Position numbers and translations under genes: made by a program | Part shown: positions 29,725 through 39,185 of the stretch, one piece after another | How the letters are laid out: every line of letters begins with the position of its first letter | Numbering within the stretch: position 1 is the stretch's first letter | The notes under the pieces: model-generated | Database searches by the model: none | What the model saw: the letters and a program-made list of their open reading frames with translations, nothing else | What the model was told of the DNA's origin: nothing | IMG/VR virus record: IMGVR_UViG_3300020420_000012 | Span: 1-64,000 of that record | Length of the DNA stretch: 64,000 nt | From: a virus | Reading direction: 5' to 3' (one strand)

Positions 29725-30486
29725 TTAAGACCTGATGGATTTTTTGAAGCTTGATATTAAATTATTAATTATATTTGGTTTAATAACTTTTATTTGCCTT
29801 AAACTTTCATTAGTGGTAAAGTATACATCTTCATGTGTTTTTTCAGTTATTTGAGCACCTGGCGGTAATAGACCTCCAAAATTTGATGATGTAGCGTCGC
29901 TATCAACTCCTAAATCTACAATTTCTCCACTAGCATTAACAAAATGACTAGCAGACTGAAATTCTTTAACTGCCGAAAATGTTTGTAATGATTCAACAAC
30001 ACCACTTGAGTTTGTAGATAAAATAACTTCTCCATCTTCTTTAAAGTTTGCTATTCCATCTAATATAATTTGACCAAGATCTAAATTTCTTTTTTTGATA
30101 ACTCCTACAGCGCCTGAAACTGAGCCAGTTACTGTTTGACCAACTTTAAACTTTGTAGCAAATGGTTGTCTTGTATTTAAAACTTCATTAGGAAATATTT
30201 TTCTTATATAGGCGTTAAGTTCTGTGTTTGTTAATGGCCAACCTTGTTCTCGAATGTCATCATTCAATAAGTAAAATGTCCAATAATTAAAAGGAGTACC
30301 ATATAATTGTATAGAAACTTGATCAGGTCTAAATCCTTCTTGTATTGTATGAAAATTTAAAAATGATATGCCATCTTTCACTTGATCTATGATGTCTGTA
30401 TATAGTGAAAGATCTTGGAAGACTACTGTATCAACTTCATCACCAAACTTATAAAATATCTTATTGAAATCATTGAAATATTGCAT
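29725..30486 (-). CDS. gp53: Baseplate wedge subunit gp53
   Basis: 'YF..F..I.Y', 'I.EG.RPD.VS..LYG....YW....LN', 'WPL', 'NE..R.I.VIKP'. Confidence 0.8.
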   Translation of the reverse strand: MQYFNDFNKIFYKFGDEVDTVVFQDLSLYTDIIDQVKDGISFLNFHTIQEGFRPDQVSIQLYGTPFNYWTFYLLNDDIREQGWPLTNTELNAYIRKIFPNEVLNTRQPFATKFKVGQTVTGSVSGAVGVIKKRNLDLGQIILDGIANFKEDGEVILSTNSSGVVESLQTFSAVKEFQSASHFVNASGEIVDLGVDSDATSSNFGGLLPPGAQITEKTHEDVYFTTNESLRQIKVIKPNIINNLISSFKKSIRS

Positions 30487-31742
30487 TAGAAACCACCTTC
30501 TATTACATCTTTTTTTGTTATTGTTTCATGCTCTACAAATTGTAAGGAAAGATCAATCTCATTAGGTTGACCGTCGTTTCTAAACCCGCCACCAGTTGGA
30601 TTTATTGTATGAGAAACATTTCTAAGATATGCAGGTTTTATTTGTGGTATTTTAGAAGAATCTACACCTTTAAATTGAAACGAAATTTTGAATGCATTTG
30701 GAAACTTAAATCCTACTGCCGCTTCTTGGTCGCCGACTGTAACTCCAAAAACATCTGGATATAATTCTTTTCTAAAGTGTTTAACAATGTTTTCAACTGC
30801 TCTTGCTTCTTCTGCTGAGGTTGCAATAAATTTAAATTGAAAACTAAATTCTCTTAAATTAACTCCTCTAAATATTGATCTTGCATTAGGGTTTATTATT
30901 ATTCTTGCTTGTAAAGAAACTGTATTTTGTATTCCTCCACCAAGTAATCCACCAAAAAAAGAATTTATTCTTGAAACACTGAATGCCATGGCGTCTCTAC
31001 CAACTTGAGGATTTGCACTTAGCACATCACTCAAAGAATTTACACCAGCTTGTAAATTTTGTACAACTGCTCCAGTAACTCCTAATCCAGAATTTAATGC
31101 AGCTTCTGCTATAGCGCCTGATGCCCCAAGATTGACGTTGTCATATAAAGCATTATCGTTAAATTGAGTTGACATTGGATAATACATCATTACTATAGGC
31201 TCGTCTCTTTCTTCTAAGAATCTCATTCCAGATTGTAAAGTTGTGGTGACACTTTTACCTAATTGTGTTTGAGCTACCGAACCAAAAAGTTGGCTAGCGT
31301 TAGAACTTATTTTTTGTCTTAAAGTTTTTCCAACATTTACTGTATCGTCAAAATTCGAAATATCAGTAGCATCATTAAAATCTTCTTCATTAGAAAAATC
31401 AGTATTTGCAGCTACGGTGTCATCAGCAAAAAACGGTGTAGCACCTTGTTTTTTTAGATTGTCTTCAATTGTTTTATCCATTTGTTTTTGTGGTTGTTCA
31501 GTAGGAGATCCATATCTCATAACTTTAAATCTTATAGTTGCAGGATATGCAGGATTGCCAATTACGTCTAACGGATACATCAATGCATCGCTTGATCCTG
31601 TTTCTGTTAATGACTGTACTGCGGTAAGGGTTTCACCTATTCCGCCTCTGTTAGTAAAACTACTAACTGCTTCACCAACGTTTCCGAACAATGATCTGCT
31701 AACTTTTTCGCCTAACGGGCCAACTTTATTTAGTATACTCAT
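30486..31742 (-). CDS. gp48: Baseplate tail-tube cap gp48
   Basis: 'NPN...F.GV.LR.FSF.FKF...S..EA.....I...FR', 'FP..F.I.F', 'DGQP....L.L.F.E'. Confidence 0.75.
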   Translation of the reverse strand: MSILNKVGPLGEKVSRSLFGNVGEAVSSFTNRGGIGETLTAVQSLTETGSSDALMYPLDVIGNPAYPATIRFKVMRYGSPTEQPQKQMDKTIEDNLKKQGATPFFADDTVAANTDFSNEEDFNDATDISNFDDTVNVGKTLRQKISSNASQLFGSVAQTQLGKSVTTTLQSGMRFLEERDEPIVMMYYPMSTQFNDNALYDNVNLGASGAIAEAALNSGLGVTGAVVQNLQAGVNSLSDVLSANPQVGRDAMAFSVSRINSFFGGLLGGGIQNTVSLQARIIINPNARSIFRGVNLREFSFQFKFIATSAEEARAVENIVKHFRKELYPDVFGVTVGDQEAAVGFKFPNAFKISFQFKGVDSSKIPQIKPAYLRNVSHTINPTGGGFRNDGQPNEIDLSLQFVEHETITKKDVIEGGF

Positions 31743-31777
31743 TTTAAACCTATAGATATATTAAAGGATTATTGTTT

Positions 31778-31785
31778 TATTTATA
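31778..31785 (-). promoter_or_regulatory. T4-type late promoter TATAAATA (gp48-gp53-gp5 operon)
   Basis: Exact match in the divergent gap between gp48 and gp4. Confidence 0.7.
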
Positions 31786-32291
31786 TGGTTTATTCAGGTC
31801 GTTACATAGTTAAAAACAAAACAAAATATAAAGGTGACTTTAATAACGTTATTTATAGGTCGCTTTGGGAGCGTGCTGTGTTTGGTTGGTGCGATAATAA
31901 TCCAAAAATTAAATATTGGAGTTCAGAAGAAGTTATAGTTCCATATTATTACGAAGTCGATAAAAAATATCATAAGTACTATGTTGACGTTAAAATAGTT
32001 TATGAAGATAAAACACTTATAGTTGAAATTAAACCTGAAAGAGAGACTGTGCCACCAACAGGTGAAAAAAGAACTAAGAGATACATTGCTGAAGGTTTAA
32101 ACTATGTGAAGAATATGAACAAATGGGAGGCTGCAGATAATTATGCAAAAGATAGAGGATGGGAGTTTCACATTTGGACAGAAAAAACGTTACAAGAAAT
32201 GAAACTTTTGCCGAAGCCTGTACCGGGTAAACTTAAAAAGTATACACCTCTAAAGCCATTTCGTAAAAGAAAACGTAAGAAAAGGTTATAA
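31785..32291 (+). CDS. gp4: Head completion nuclease gp4
   Basis: 'Y.G.Y...N..KYKGD...V.YRS.WE....WCD.NP....WSSEE..VPY', 'EIKP', 'N..KW.AA..YA...GW.F...TE'. Confidence 0.9.
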   Translation: MVYSGRYIVKNKTKYKGDFNNVIYRSLWERAVFGWCDNNPKIKYWSSEEVIVPYYYEVDKKYHKYYVDVKIVYEDKTLIVEIKPERETVPPTGEKRTKRYIAEGLNYVKNMNKWEAADNYAKDRGWEFHIWTEKTLQEMKLLPKPVPGKLKKYTPLKPFRKRKRKKRL

Positions 32292-32294
32292 ATA
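32287..32294 (+). promoter_or_regulatory. T4-type late promoter TATAAATA
   Basis: Exact match 5 nt before the gp2 start. Confidence 0.7.
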
Positions 32295-32299
32295 GAAAC

Positions 32300-32890
32300 A
32301 TGAGTAACTTATTTCAAAAACTTGAACTTGAAGCTTTTCGAAAAGGCATTACACCTAGGACAAGAGAATCAAGAGAATGGTTTCGTAAAAAAGTACAACA
32401 ACTAACTCGAGTCAATCGAGCGCAACTCGTTAGAAGTGATGAAGTAAAAGAAAGAAGTAGTCATAGATATGGTACAATGGTTATGTTTACTTATGATCCT
32501 AAACTAAAAGAAAAGCTACCTTACTATGATACGTTTCCACTAGTAATACCTGTTGAACCAGCAAAAGGTGGATTTAGAGGATTAAATCTACATTACTTAC
32601 CACCAGTTTTAAGAGCAAAATTTTTAGATGGTTTACTAGAAACAACTAATAATGATAAGTATGATGAAAGTACTCAATTTAAATTAACATACAATTTACT
32701 TAAAAGCGCTTCAAGATATAGATACTTTAAGCCTTGTATTAAACATTATCTTTTAGAACACGTAAGATCAAGATTTGCAGAGGTGAATTCACCAGAATGG
32801 GAGATTGCAACTTTCTTACCGATTGCAAGATGGCAAAAACAAAGTGCAAATAGAGTATATTCTGAATCAAGAAGGATAGCTAATGGCTAG
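32300..32890 (+). CDS. gp2: DNA end protector protein gp2
   Basis: 'G.M.MF.YDPK.K..LPYYD.FPLV', 'GLNLHYLPP..R', 'PC.K.YL..HVRS', 'W..A.FLP'. Confidence 0.9.
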   Translation: MSNLFQKLELEAFRKGITPRTRESREWFRKKVQQLTRVNRAQLVRSDEVKERSSHRYGTMVMFTYDPKLKEKLPYYDTFPLVIPVEPAKGGFRGLNLHYLPPVLRAKFLDGLLETTNNDKYDESTQFKLTYNLLKSASRYRYFKPCIKHYLLEHVRSRFAEVNSPEWEIATFLPIARWQKQSANRVYSESRRIANG

Positions 32891-33575
32891 TAGTGTAGAC
32901 GAATTAAAAGCATTGGTTAATACTAAACTTGGATTTGCAAGAGCAAATCGATTCTTAGTAACTTTACCAACAAATTTTGGTGGTGGAGGAGGGTTGATAG
33001 GTGGAGTATTAGGTCTATTAAATCTTGGTGGTGGCGGTGCATCTGGTAGAGAATTAAATATATTATGCAGCAATGCAACTTTGCCAGCAAAACAGATTCT
33101 TACGAATGATAGAAGAATAGGTATGGAGTTTCAAAAAGTTGCTTATGGATACGCAGTTGATGATGTAAGCATGACTTTTTATTTAATGAACGATTACGGA
33201 GTAAAAGAATATTTTGATGCTTGGAGAAATACAATAATACCTGAAGAAGGTTTTAATGCGTTTACATCTAAATACAAAGATGAGTATGCCAGAGATGTTA
33301 CTATACATCAACTCAGACAGCCACTTAAAGGTTTTAGTAAACAAATAGGACCTATAAGATTTAACGCTGGTATTGGCGGTGGAAGTGTTTATTCGGTTGA
33401 TTTAATTGATGCGTTTCCAATAGCAACTAGTGCTATAGAACTTAACAATGAACTAGATGGTCTAGTTCAATTAACAGTGTCCTTTGCATTTACAAACTGG
33501 AGAAGATCGAAAAATGTGCAAGGATTTATTAACATGGATATTAATACACCACTTGGTGGAATTGATATATTATAG
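32883..33575 (+). CDS. gp54: Tail tube initiator gp54 / gp19-like tube protein
   Basis: 'G.AR.NRF.V', 'C....LP', 'V.MTF', 'F..W...I', 'L..AFP', 'V.F.F..W'. Confidence 0.65.
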   Translation: MASSVDELKALVNTKLGFARANRFLVTLPTNFGGGGGLIGGVLGLLNLGGGGASGRELNILCSNATLPAKQILTNDRRIGMEFQKVAYGYAVDDVSMTFYLMNDYGVKEYFDAWRNTIIPEEGFNAFTSKYKDEYARDVTIHQLRQPLKGFSKQIGPIRFNAGIGGGSVYSVDLIDAFPIATSAIELNNELDGLVQLTVSFAFTNWRRSKNVQGFINMDINTPLGGIDIL

Positions 33576-33584
33576 GAGTGATTG

Positions 33585-34301
33585 ATGGGTTTACCTAAAC
33601 TATCAAATGATAAACCAATTTATGAACTAACTGTACCATCAACTAATCAATTAGTTAAGTACAGACCATTTTTGGTGAAAGAACAAAAAGCTATGCTTGT
33701 GGCATTCGAATCAAAAGACACAAAGCAAATATTAAATTCAATACTTCAATGTATTGAAAATTGTGTTGAAGGCATTGACGTCAAAACACTTTCTACTTTT
33801 GATGTTGATTATATTTTCACAAAGGTAAGAGCAAAATCAGTTGGTGAAACTTCTAAAATTTTGATGGCATGCTCAGCGTGTAACGAAGAAAATGAAGTTA
33901 ACATAAACTTAGATAACATTAAGTTAACTAATGCAGAATTAAAAGATAATGTTATTGAATTAAATAATGATATTGCAATTACAATGAAATATCCTACTTA
34001 TTTCGACATGCTCAAACATGGAAACTTATTCAAAGAAGATGTTTCTGAAGCAGCAGTTGTTTTTGATAATATGAAAATGTGTATGCATTCAGTACAAACT
34101 GAGAATGAAAACGTTTTAATTAAAGATGAAACTGATGAAGAGATTGAAACTTTTGTTAATAGTTTAAATAATGTTCAAATGCAAAAGATTATGAATTTTG
34201 TTGAAGGATTACCAAATTTAGTTTATGAAGATACTTTTGAATGCAAAAAATGTAAAAAAGAAAACATAGTTAAATTACAGGGGCTCAATGATTTTTTTTA
34301 G
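33585..34301 (+). CDS. gp26: Baseplate hub assembly protein gp26
   Basis: 'LPKL...P.YEL..PST...V.YRPFLVKE.K..L.A', 'FD..Y.F...RAKSVGE', two CxxC motifs, ends 'GL.DFF'; ATG at 33585 follows a GGAG SD. Confidence 0.85.
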   Translation: MGLPKLSNDKPIYELTVPSTNQLVKYRPFLVKEQKAMLVAFESKDTKQILNSILQCIENCVEGIDVKTLSTFDVDYIFTKVRAKSVGETSKILMACSACNEENEVNINLDNIKLTNAELKDNVIELNNDIAITMKYPTYFDMLKHGNLFKEDVSEAAVVFDNMKMCMHSVQTENENVLIKDETDEEIETFVNSLNNVQMQKIMNFVEGLPNLVYEDTFECKKCKKENIVKLQGLNDFF

Positions 34302-34495
34302 TTAACCTCTCTCATGAAACGTTGGAGAACTATTTCAAGACGAATTTTTTAATGATGCAACATTTCAACTATTCATTATCAGACTTAGAAGGAATGTTAC
34401 CGTGGGAGAGAGAGGTTTATATAATATTATTAAACGAGCACCTAGAGGAAAAACAAAGAGAGCAAAGTGGCAGCAACATTAGCAGATATCAATAA
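34292..34495 (+). CDS. gp51: gp51-like hub assembly catalyst, not in the ORF track; probably reached by -1 frameshift from gp26 (first in-frame ATG at 34352)
   Basis: Manual translation FFLVNLSHETLENYFKTNFLMMQHFNYSLSDLEGMLPWEREVYIILLNEHLEEKQREQSGSNISRYQ*; 'MQH..YSL..LE.M.PWERE.Y..LL' is the gp51-like signature. Confidence 0.8.
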   Translation, partial: FFLVNLSHETLENYFKTNFLMMQHFNYSLSDLEGMLPWEREVYIILLNEHLEEKQREQSGSNISRYQ

Positions 34496-36260
34496 GACCT
34501 TAATAAGTGTAGATGAGAATACTCAGAAAACAAGTAAAGGTATAAATGGCTTCTTAAATTATCTTAAAAGAAGAGACGCTAAAGAGGATAGAAAAGATCT
34601 TGAAGCTTCTCGTGAAGCAAGAAAAGTTAGCACTAAAGAGACACAACAGTCGTCAAGTGGAACTAGTAGATTTAGTAGATTTAAATTACCAAGTTTTGGT
34701 GTGCCTAGTGCAGGAGCACTTGCTGCTGGCGCCCTTGCTTTCACAAGTCGGCTTTTTAGAAGAGGGCTTGTAGGTGGCTTACTAACTACTTTCGCTGAAG
34801 AAATTGCTGACTTTTTTTTACCTGGTCAACCAGGAGAGAAACAATTAACAAAGGACTTAAGAAAATATTTAGTAGGTGGTTTAGAAGGATTTGGTTTAGG
34901 TTATATCTTATTTGGTAAAAAAGGTGGAATACTTGGTTTTGTACTCGGTGCCTTAACAAAGAACCCAAAAGTAGATAAAGAACTAGGTAGACTAACAGAT
35001 AATTTAGAAAAGTTAGCTATAGCAATTTTTGGTCCTGATTATAAAGGTGGATTTGCAAAAATGGCTGAAAGTATTTCTAATACTGCAGGTGACGGTCTTA
35101 CACGTTTAAATAATCTTGTTGAAGGTAAGAACTTTAGCACAGAAAATATAAGAGAACTTGGTAAAGATATACTTGGTGCGGCTGGTGTCTTAGGTGCCTT
35201 TGGTTTTTTTGTTTCACCTAAGTTTAGAAAAATGTTACTAAGCGTAAAGACATTGAAAAAATTACCAGTCGTCGCATCAATAATAGCATTGGCAAACTTA
35301 CTTGGTTATACAGTATCTGACGATGGTAGCGAAGGACCTTCATCTACTGAAATTGGTGCTGGTGCTGTAGGTGCCACTTATCTAGCTTATAAAGGAGCCA
35401 AGGCATTCAAAAATATGGGTGGTGCAGGTGATCCAAGAAAGTTAGATCCAGGATATAACGAAAAAATAAGAGCAGCAAATAAACTTTCTCCATCAGCTTT
35501 GAATAAAGCCGGTTTAGAAAAAGCTAAAGGTGGTGGCGTGCAACAAAAAGGTGGTAAGTTTGCTACAAATGCACAACTAGATAAAGCACTAGCAAACAGA
35601 TATGGTAGAATATTTGGACCTAAAGGAATTGCTCGTTTTCTTGGAGGAGTGTTTCCGTTAGGTTTACTTGCAGGTGTTCTAACAGCAAGCAGTGTAAAAC
35701 AAACATTAGCAAATGATAATTTATCTGAAGATGAGAAGAGAAAAATAATAGGTGAAGAACTTGGTACTTCATTAAATATGTTTGCATTTGGAGCACTAGG
35801 AAGTGCTCTTGGTGGTATAGCATTTGGTCCTAAGGGAGCTACGATCGGTGGAATAGGGCTTGGTGTTTTAGGAGCTTTAGCACCAAATGTCGCAGGCGAT
35901 TTTTTAGCAAGTTGGTTCTTAGGAAGACCAATGTCTGAAAGTCAACTAAATCAGATTACAAGTTTAAATAATGTTAGAAAAAAAGCTCAAGGCGGTGGAA
36001 TGAATCTATTTCAAGATATATCAAGTACAGAGGGGCTTATGAGTAGGTTACCACCTTCATCTGCTACTACCCTTGGTAGTAATCTTCCGAGTGCAATGAC
36101 TATGGGTGGAGCAGCGGCGTCTAGTCCTAACACATTAATTACTTCACAAAATAATTACTCATCACAACATCAATCTTTGATTGTAGGCCACCCTAACACA
36201 CGTGATAGAGATAACGCACTTAATCAAAGATTGAATATTGGTAATAGTTTTAATTACTAA
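34467..36260 (+). CDS. Tape measure-like protein (gp29 position)
   Basis: 597 aa, Gly/Ala/Leu-rich with hydrophobic stretches; directly after gp26/gp51. Confidence 0.6.
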   Translation: MAATLADINKTLISVDENTQKTSKGINGFLNYLKRRDAKEDRKDLEASREARKVSTKETQQSSSGTSRFSRFKLPSFGVPSAGALAAGALAFTSRLFRRGLVGGLLTTFAEEIADFFLPGQPGEKQLTKDLRKYLVGGLEGFGLGYILFGKKGGILGFVLGALTKNPKVDKELGRLTDNLEKLAIAIFGPDYKGGFAKMAESISNTAGDGLTRLNNLVEGKNFSTENIRELGKDILGAAGVLGAFGFFVSPKFRKMLLSVKTLKKLPVVASIIALANLLGYTVSDDGSEGPSSTEIGAGAVGATYLAYKGAKAFKNMGGAGDPRKLDPGYNEKIRAANKLSPSALNKAGLEKAKGGGVQQKGGKFATNAQLDKALANRYGRIFGPKGIARFLGGVFPLGLLAGVLTASSVKQTLANDNLSEDEKRKIIGEELGTSLNMFAFGALGSALGGIAFGPKGATIGGIGLGVLGALAPNVAGDFLASWFLGRPMSESQLNQITSLNNVRKKAQGGGMNLFQDISSTEGLMSRLPPSSATTLGSNLPSAMTMGGAAASSPNTLITSQNNYSSQHQSLIVGHPNTRDRDNALNQRLNIGNSFNY

Positions 36261-37144
36261 GCGTCTTCTTTTGCAAGTTTAGCGAAATAAGACATGGTAT
36301 CTTCTTCAGAAGTATCAACTTCTTCTGCAGTCACTGGAGCCACAGATTCAACTGGCTCATTAATCTTATTTTCTTCTTTTATTTGATATGAACCTACGTT
36401 CATTTCTTCACCAAGAACTCTCATCATTTTAGCCTTAAGCTCATCATATGTTTTATAATTCTTAGGATTAGTGAACTCTGTAAGATCGTGTAGTTGGTTA
36501 TACACGCTTTCTAACTTAGCTTCATTACCATCTTGAAATACAGCGGCTGATGCAAACTCAGATTTATCGTAGTTTCTATAACCTTCTACGTTTCTAATCT
36601 TAAGTTTAAAATCTGCACCTTCCCAGAAATCAAATGGATCTACAGGTTGCTCGTCTGCAAATGAAGGATTCATCAAGTCATAAATCTTATCGAAGATTTT
36701 TTTACCAAACTTATATAAGAATACTTTACCTTCGTTTTGAGGAGCTGAAGGATCACTCACTACACATATATTAGTAACATAGTGTAGTCTTCTTTTTTGT
36801 GACCTTGCTTTTTCTTTATCAGACTCTATACCTGAATTCCAAAGTCTAGAGTTTAACTCACCAACTGGATCAGGTTGACCTATGGAAGTTAGAGAGTTTT
36901 CAATATACCACAAACCAGTAGGACCTTTAAAACCATGATCCCAATATCTTACGAATGGAATCTCACCGTCTTTACCTGGTAAGAATCTTATTACGGCATA
37001 ACCGTTACCAGCTTTGTCAACAGTTGGTTTCCAAATCCTGTCATCGACGTAGGATTTTGTTTCACCACTTGATGTGGCTTCTGCTGCTTTAATGATTTTA
37101 TTGATGTTGCTTCCGCGATTGCGTTTTAATGTTTCAAATGACAT
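36257..37144 (-). CDS. gp32: Single-stranded DNA-binding protein gp32
   Basis: 'DKAGNGYAVIRFLP', 'WYIENSL', 'NEGKVFLYKFGKKIFDKI', 'PFDFW.GA.FKLKIR...GY.NYDKSEF'; acidic tail. Confidence 0.95.
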   Translation of the reverse strand: MSFETLKRNRGSNINKIIKAAEATSSGETKSYVDDRIWKPTVDKAGNGYAVIRFLPGKDGEIPFVRYWDHGFKGPTGLWYIENSLTSIGQPDPVGELNSRLWNSGIESDKEKARSQKRRLHYVTNICVVSDPSAPQNEGKVFLYKFGKKIFDKIYDLMNPSFADEQPVDPFDFWEGADFKLKIRNVEGYRNYDKSEFASAAVFQDGNEAKLESVYNQLHDLTEFTNPKNYKTYDELKAKMMRVLGEEMNVGSYQIKEENKINEPVESVAPVTAEEVDTSEEDTMSYFAKLAKEDA

Positions 37145-37253
37145 AGTATTGTCTCCTTATTTGCTGAAATATTAACTGAAATATTACTTGTATATATTAG
37201 TACTCTCCTAACCATTCACTAGCTTGCAAAGTACCTATATTATATATACAGCT

Positions 37254-37499
37254 TTACTCAAAAAATGCATCGTCAATAGAATTTTTTTTCGGTAAGAAAT
37301 TTAAATTCATTGCCTCTGCTTCAATCTTATCTTTAATTACAGGTGAAATAAATCTTTTAATATCTTCCACTTCAATCTGATTTTTTTCACACACGTGAAT
37401 CACAGCATCCATGTAGGGTATCTTTTTTTCAGCTACTGCACCTTCGATAAGTTTGGTGAATTTTGTTCTTGTTAGAAATTGTTCTTCAACTTTACTCAT
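37254..37499 (-). CDS. gp33: Late transcription coactivator gp33
   Basis: 'F...IE..V.....YMDA....C....E.E.....IS...K.KIE.EA..LN.L'. Confidence 0.8.
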   Translation of the reverse strand: MSKVEEQFLTRTKFTKLIEGAVAEKKIPYMDAVIHVCEKNQIEVEDIKRFISPVIKDKIEAEAMNLNFLPKKNSIDDAFFE

Positions 37500-38632
37500 T
37501 TATCTAACACTCTTAATAATACTGTATCTTTATTGATACGACCGTTAGGTACAAACGTTTTTGTTGTTATATCTTTCCAAGCTTCATCAATTTGCTTTGG
37601 CGTTTTTGATAAGAAGATTGGTAAGTAACTATCAGGCTTACGTAAAGTTACTGCTCTACTTGTCGCCTTGTTAAAGTTCTTTATTGTAGAACCTGATATA
37701 ACAAATCCATTTGGACTATCTGTTACGTATTCGGTAACAACTTTGTACTTACAATTAAATGTATATAACCTTGTATTGTTTGGTACTTGTATTGGATTTA
37801 TCGATTTAATTTTAAAATCATTATCTTCTTTCTTGTATTGTACCTTTGATACTTGTTTATCGATTGCTACAGAACCTTTAACCTTTACGTTACGAGATGC
37901 TTTACTTGCAGACTTAATTCTATCTAGATCAGAAAGCATCTCTTTACAAACTTTAATTCTACGGTTGAGTTCTGATCTTTTAAGGTGGGAGTAACCTTCA
38001 ACTGCCTGATCGCATCTTTTATGATACGCATCTTCATAATCTAACAACCAGCCCTCAACCGTAACTTTAACAGGACCTACCGCAGCACCCGTTAATCCAT
38101 GAAACTTAAATCTATCATACAAGTTAATTTCAGTTTCTTTACCATCAATCCAAGCATCTTCTAAATCAAGAAGCTCTTGCATTATAGTATTATTAATCTT
38201 TCTAATTAACTTTACAGTAGGTGATATTGAAACAACTTTTGTTTCTTGTTTTTTATTATTATATAACTCCTTACCTGAATCAATAAGTGGAATGATATAA
38301 TCAAATAATGAATTAAGATATTCTTTGGCTTTATCTCTACCAAGATCATTATTTTTATATAGATCGTTATTATACCAAAATGCAGTAGCCGCATGATGAG
38401 ACATAGTAAACTTCCACTCTGGATGACTTAATATATACTTTGACGGTTCAGGAAAGTTCTTCTTGATCCAAGTTTTAATTTGACTGATACAATCTTTTCT
38501 GTCAACTTCTAGATGAAAGTAATCTTTTACTGACTCAAATCCTTTTTCGATTGGCACACCGGCCAAACCTGTACGAGCTCTTGCTCTGATTTTCTTTTTA
38601 GTTCTTTTACCTTTTAATGCTGTCAAACTCAT
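37496..38632 (-). CDS. Conserved hypothetical protein of T4-like phages
   Basis: 378 aa; 'DQ..EGY', 'G.TI..F...S....LRKP', 'NGRIN..T.LL'. Confidence 0.7.
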   Translation of the reverse strand: MSLTALKGKRTKKKIRARARTGLAGVPIEKGFESVKDYFHLEVDRKDCISQIKTWIKKNFPEPSKYILSHPEWKFTMSHHAATAFWYNNDLYKNNDLGRDKAKEYLNSLFDYIIPLIDSGKELYNNKKQETKVVSISPTVKLIRKINNTIMQELLDLEDAWIDGKETEINLYDRFKFHGLTGAAVGPVKVTVEGWLLDYEDAYHKRCDQAVEGYSHLKRSELNRRIKVCKEMLSDLDRIKSASKASRNVKVKGSVAIDKQVSKVQYKKEDNDFKIKSINPIQVPNNTRLYTFNCKYKVVTEYVTDSPNGFVISGSTIKNFNKATSRAVTLRKPDSYLPIFLSKTPKQIDEAWKDITTKTFVPNGRINKDTVLLRVLDK

Positions 38633-38874
38633 AAATTATTCTCCCTTATATAATTACCGACTGCGCCTTTAACTATGTTAGGGTACTCACCTAAGTAAGT
38701 ACCTGCTACTAACATATCCTTTGTTAATAAGTATTTGTGCATATGCTGAATGTTATCCCAGTTATCTAAGATTTCTTTTGCTAATGCATCAAATTCAAAA
38801 TCTTCTATTAGTGGCTTATCCATTTCATAATAAGCATAAGCACACATTAAATATTTTGCGATAGGATTTTTCAT
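38629..38874 (-). CDS. Stand-alone protein resembling NAD+-dependent DNA ligase domain Ia
   Basis: 'YAYY..D.P.I.D.EFD.L..E' matches the LigA Ia pattern YY..D.P..(S)D.EYD.L. Confidence 0.55.
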   Translation of the reverse strand: MKNPIAKYLMCAYAYYEMDKPLIEDFEFDALAKEILDNWDNIQHMHKYLLTKDMLVAGTYLGEYPNIVKGAVGNYIRENNL

Positions 38875-39083
38875 TACGTACGTATCGCCTTTAATGATAC
38901 GTTGCTGATATCGTCATAAGTGCGAATAGTGAAGATCTGATCATCATTATCCATCTTGCCTATAGTATAGTTTTGGATAGCAATATCAATCGACTTCTTT
39001 TCGGTCTTAGCCTGACCTGAATAGAATGACTTGCCATCTAATGACTTATCTGATGCTGTAACGACTGTGAAATATTTAGACAT
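38874..39083 (-). CDS. Hypothetical early protein
   Basis: Early promoter and GGGAG SD directly upstream. Confidence 0.65.
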   Translation of the reverse strand: MSKYFTVVTASDKSLDGKSFYSGQAKTEKKSIDIAIQNYTIGKMDNDDQIFTIRTYDDISNVSLKAIRT

Positions 39084-39113
39084 ATTGAACTCCCTTTTTT
39101 ATTATATACTTAT

Positions 39114-39142
39114 ATTCTACCATACTTTTTAGTAAATGTACA
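39114..39142 (-). promoter_or_regulatory. Early promoter TGTACA-N17-TAGAAT
   Basis: -35 at 39137-39142, -10 at 39114-39119, A-rich UP element. Confidence 0.75.
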
Positions 39143-39185
39143 CCTTTTTTTTCACTTTTTTTAATTTTTGTTATTAACATGTTAA

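Noticed and set aside
39174-39185. CtrA box
   Set aside because: Spacing is TTAA-N4-TTAA rather than the TTAA-N7-TTAA consensus.
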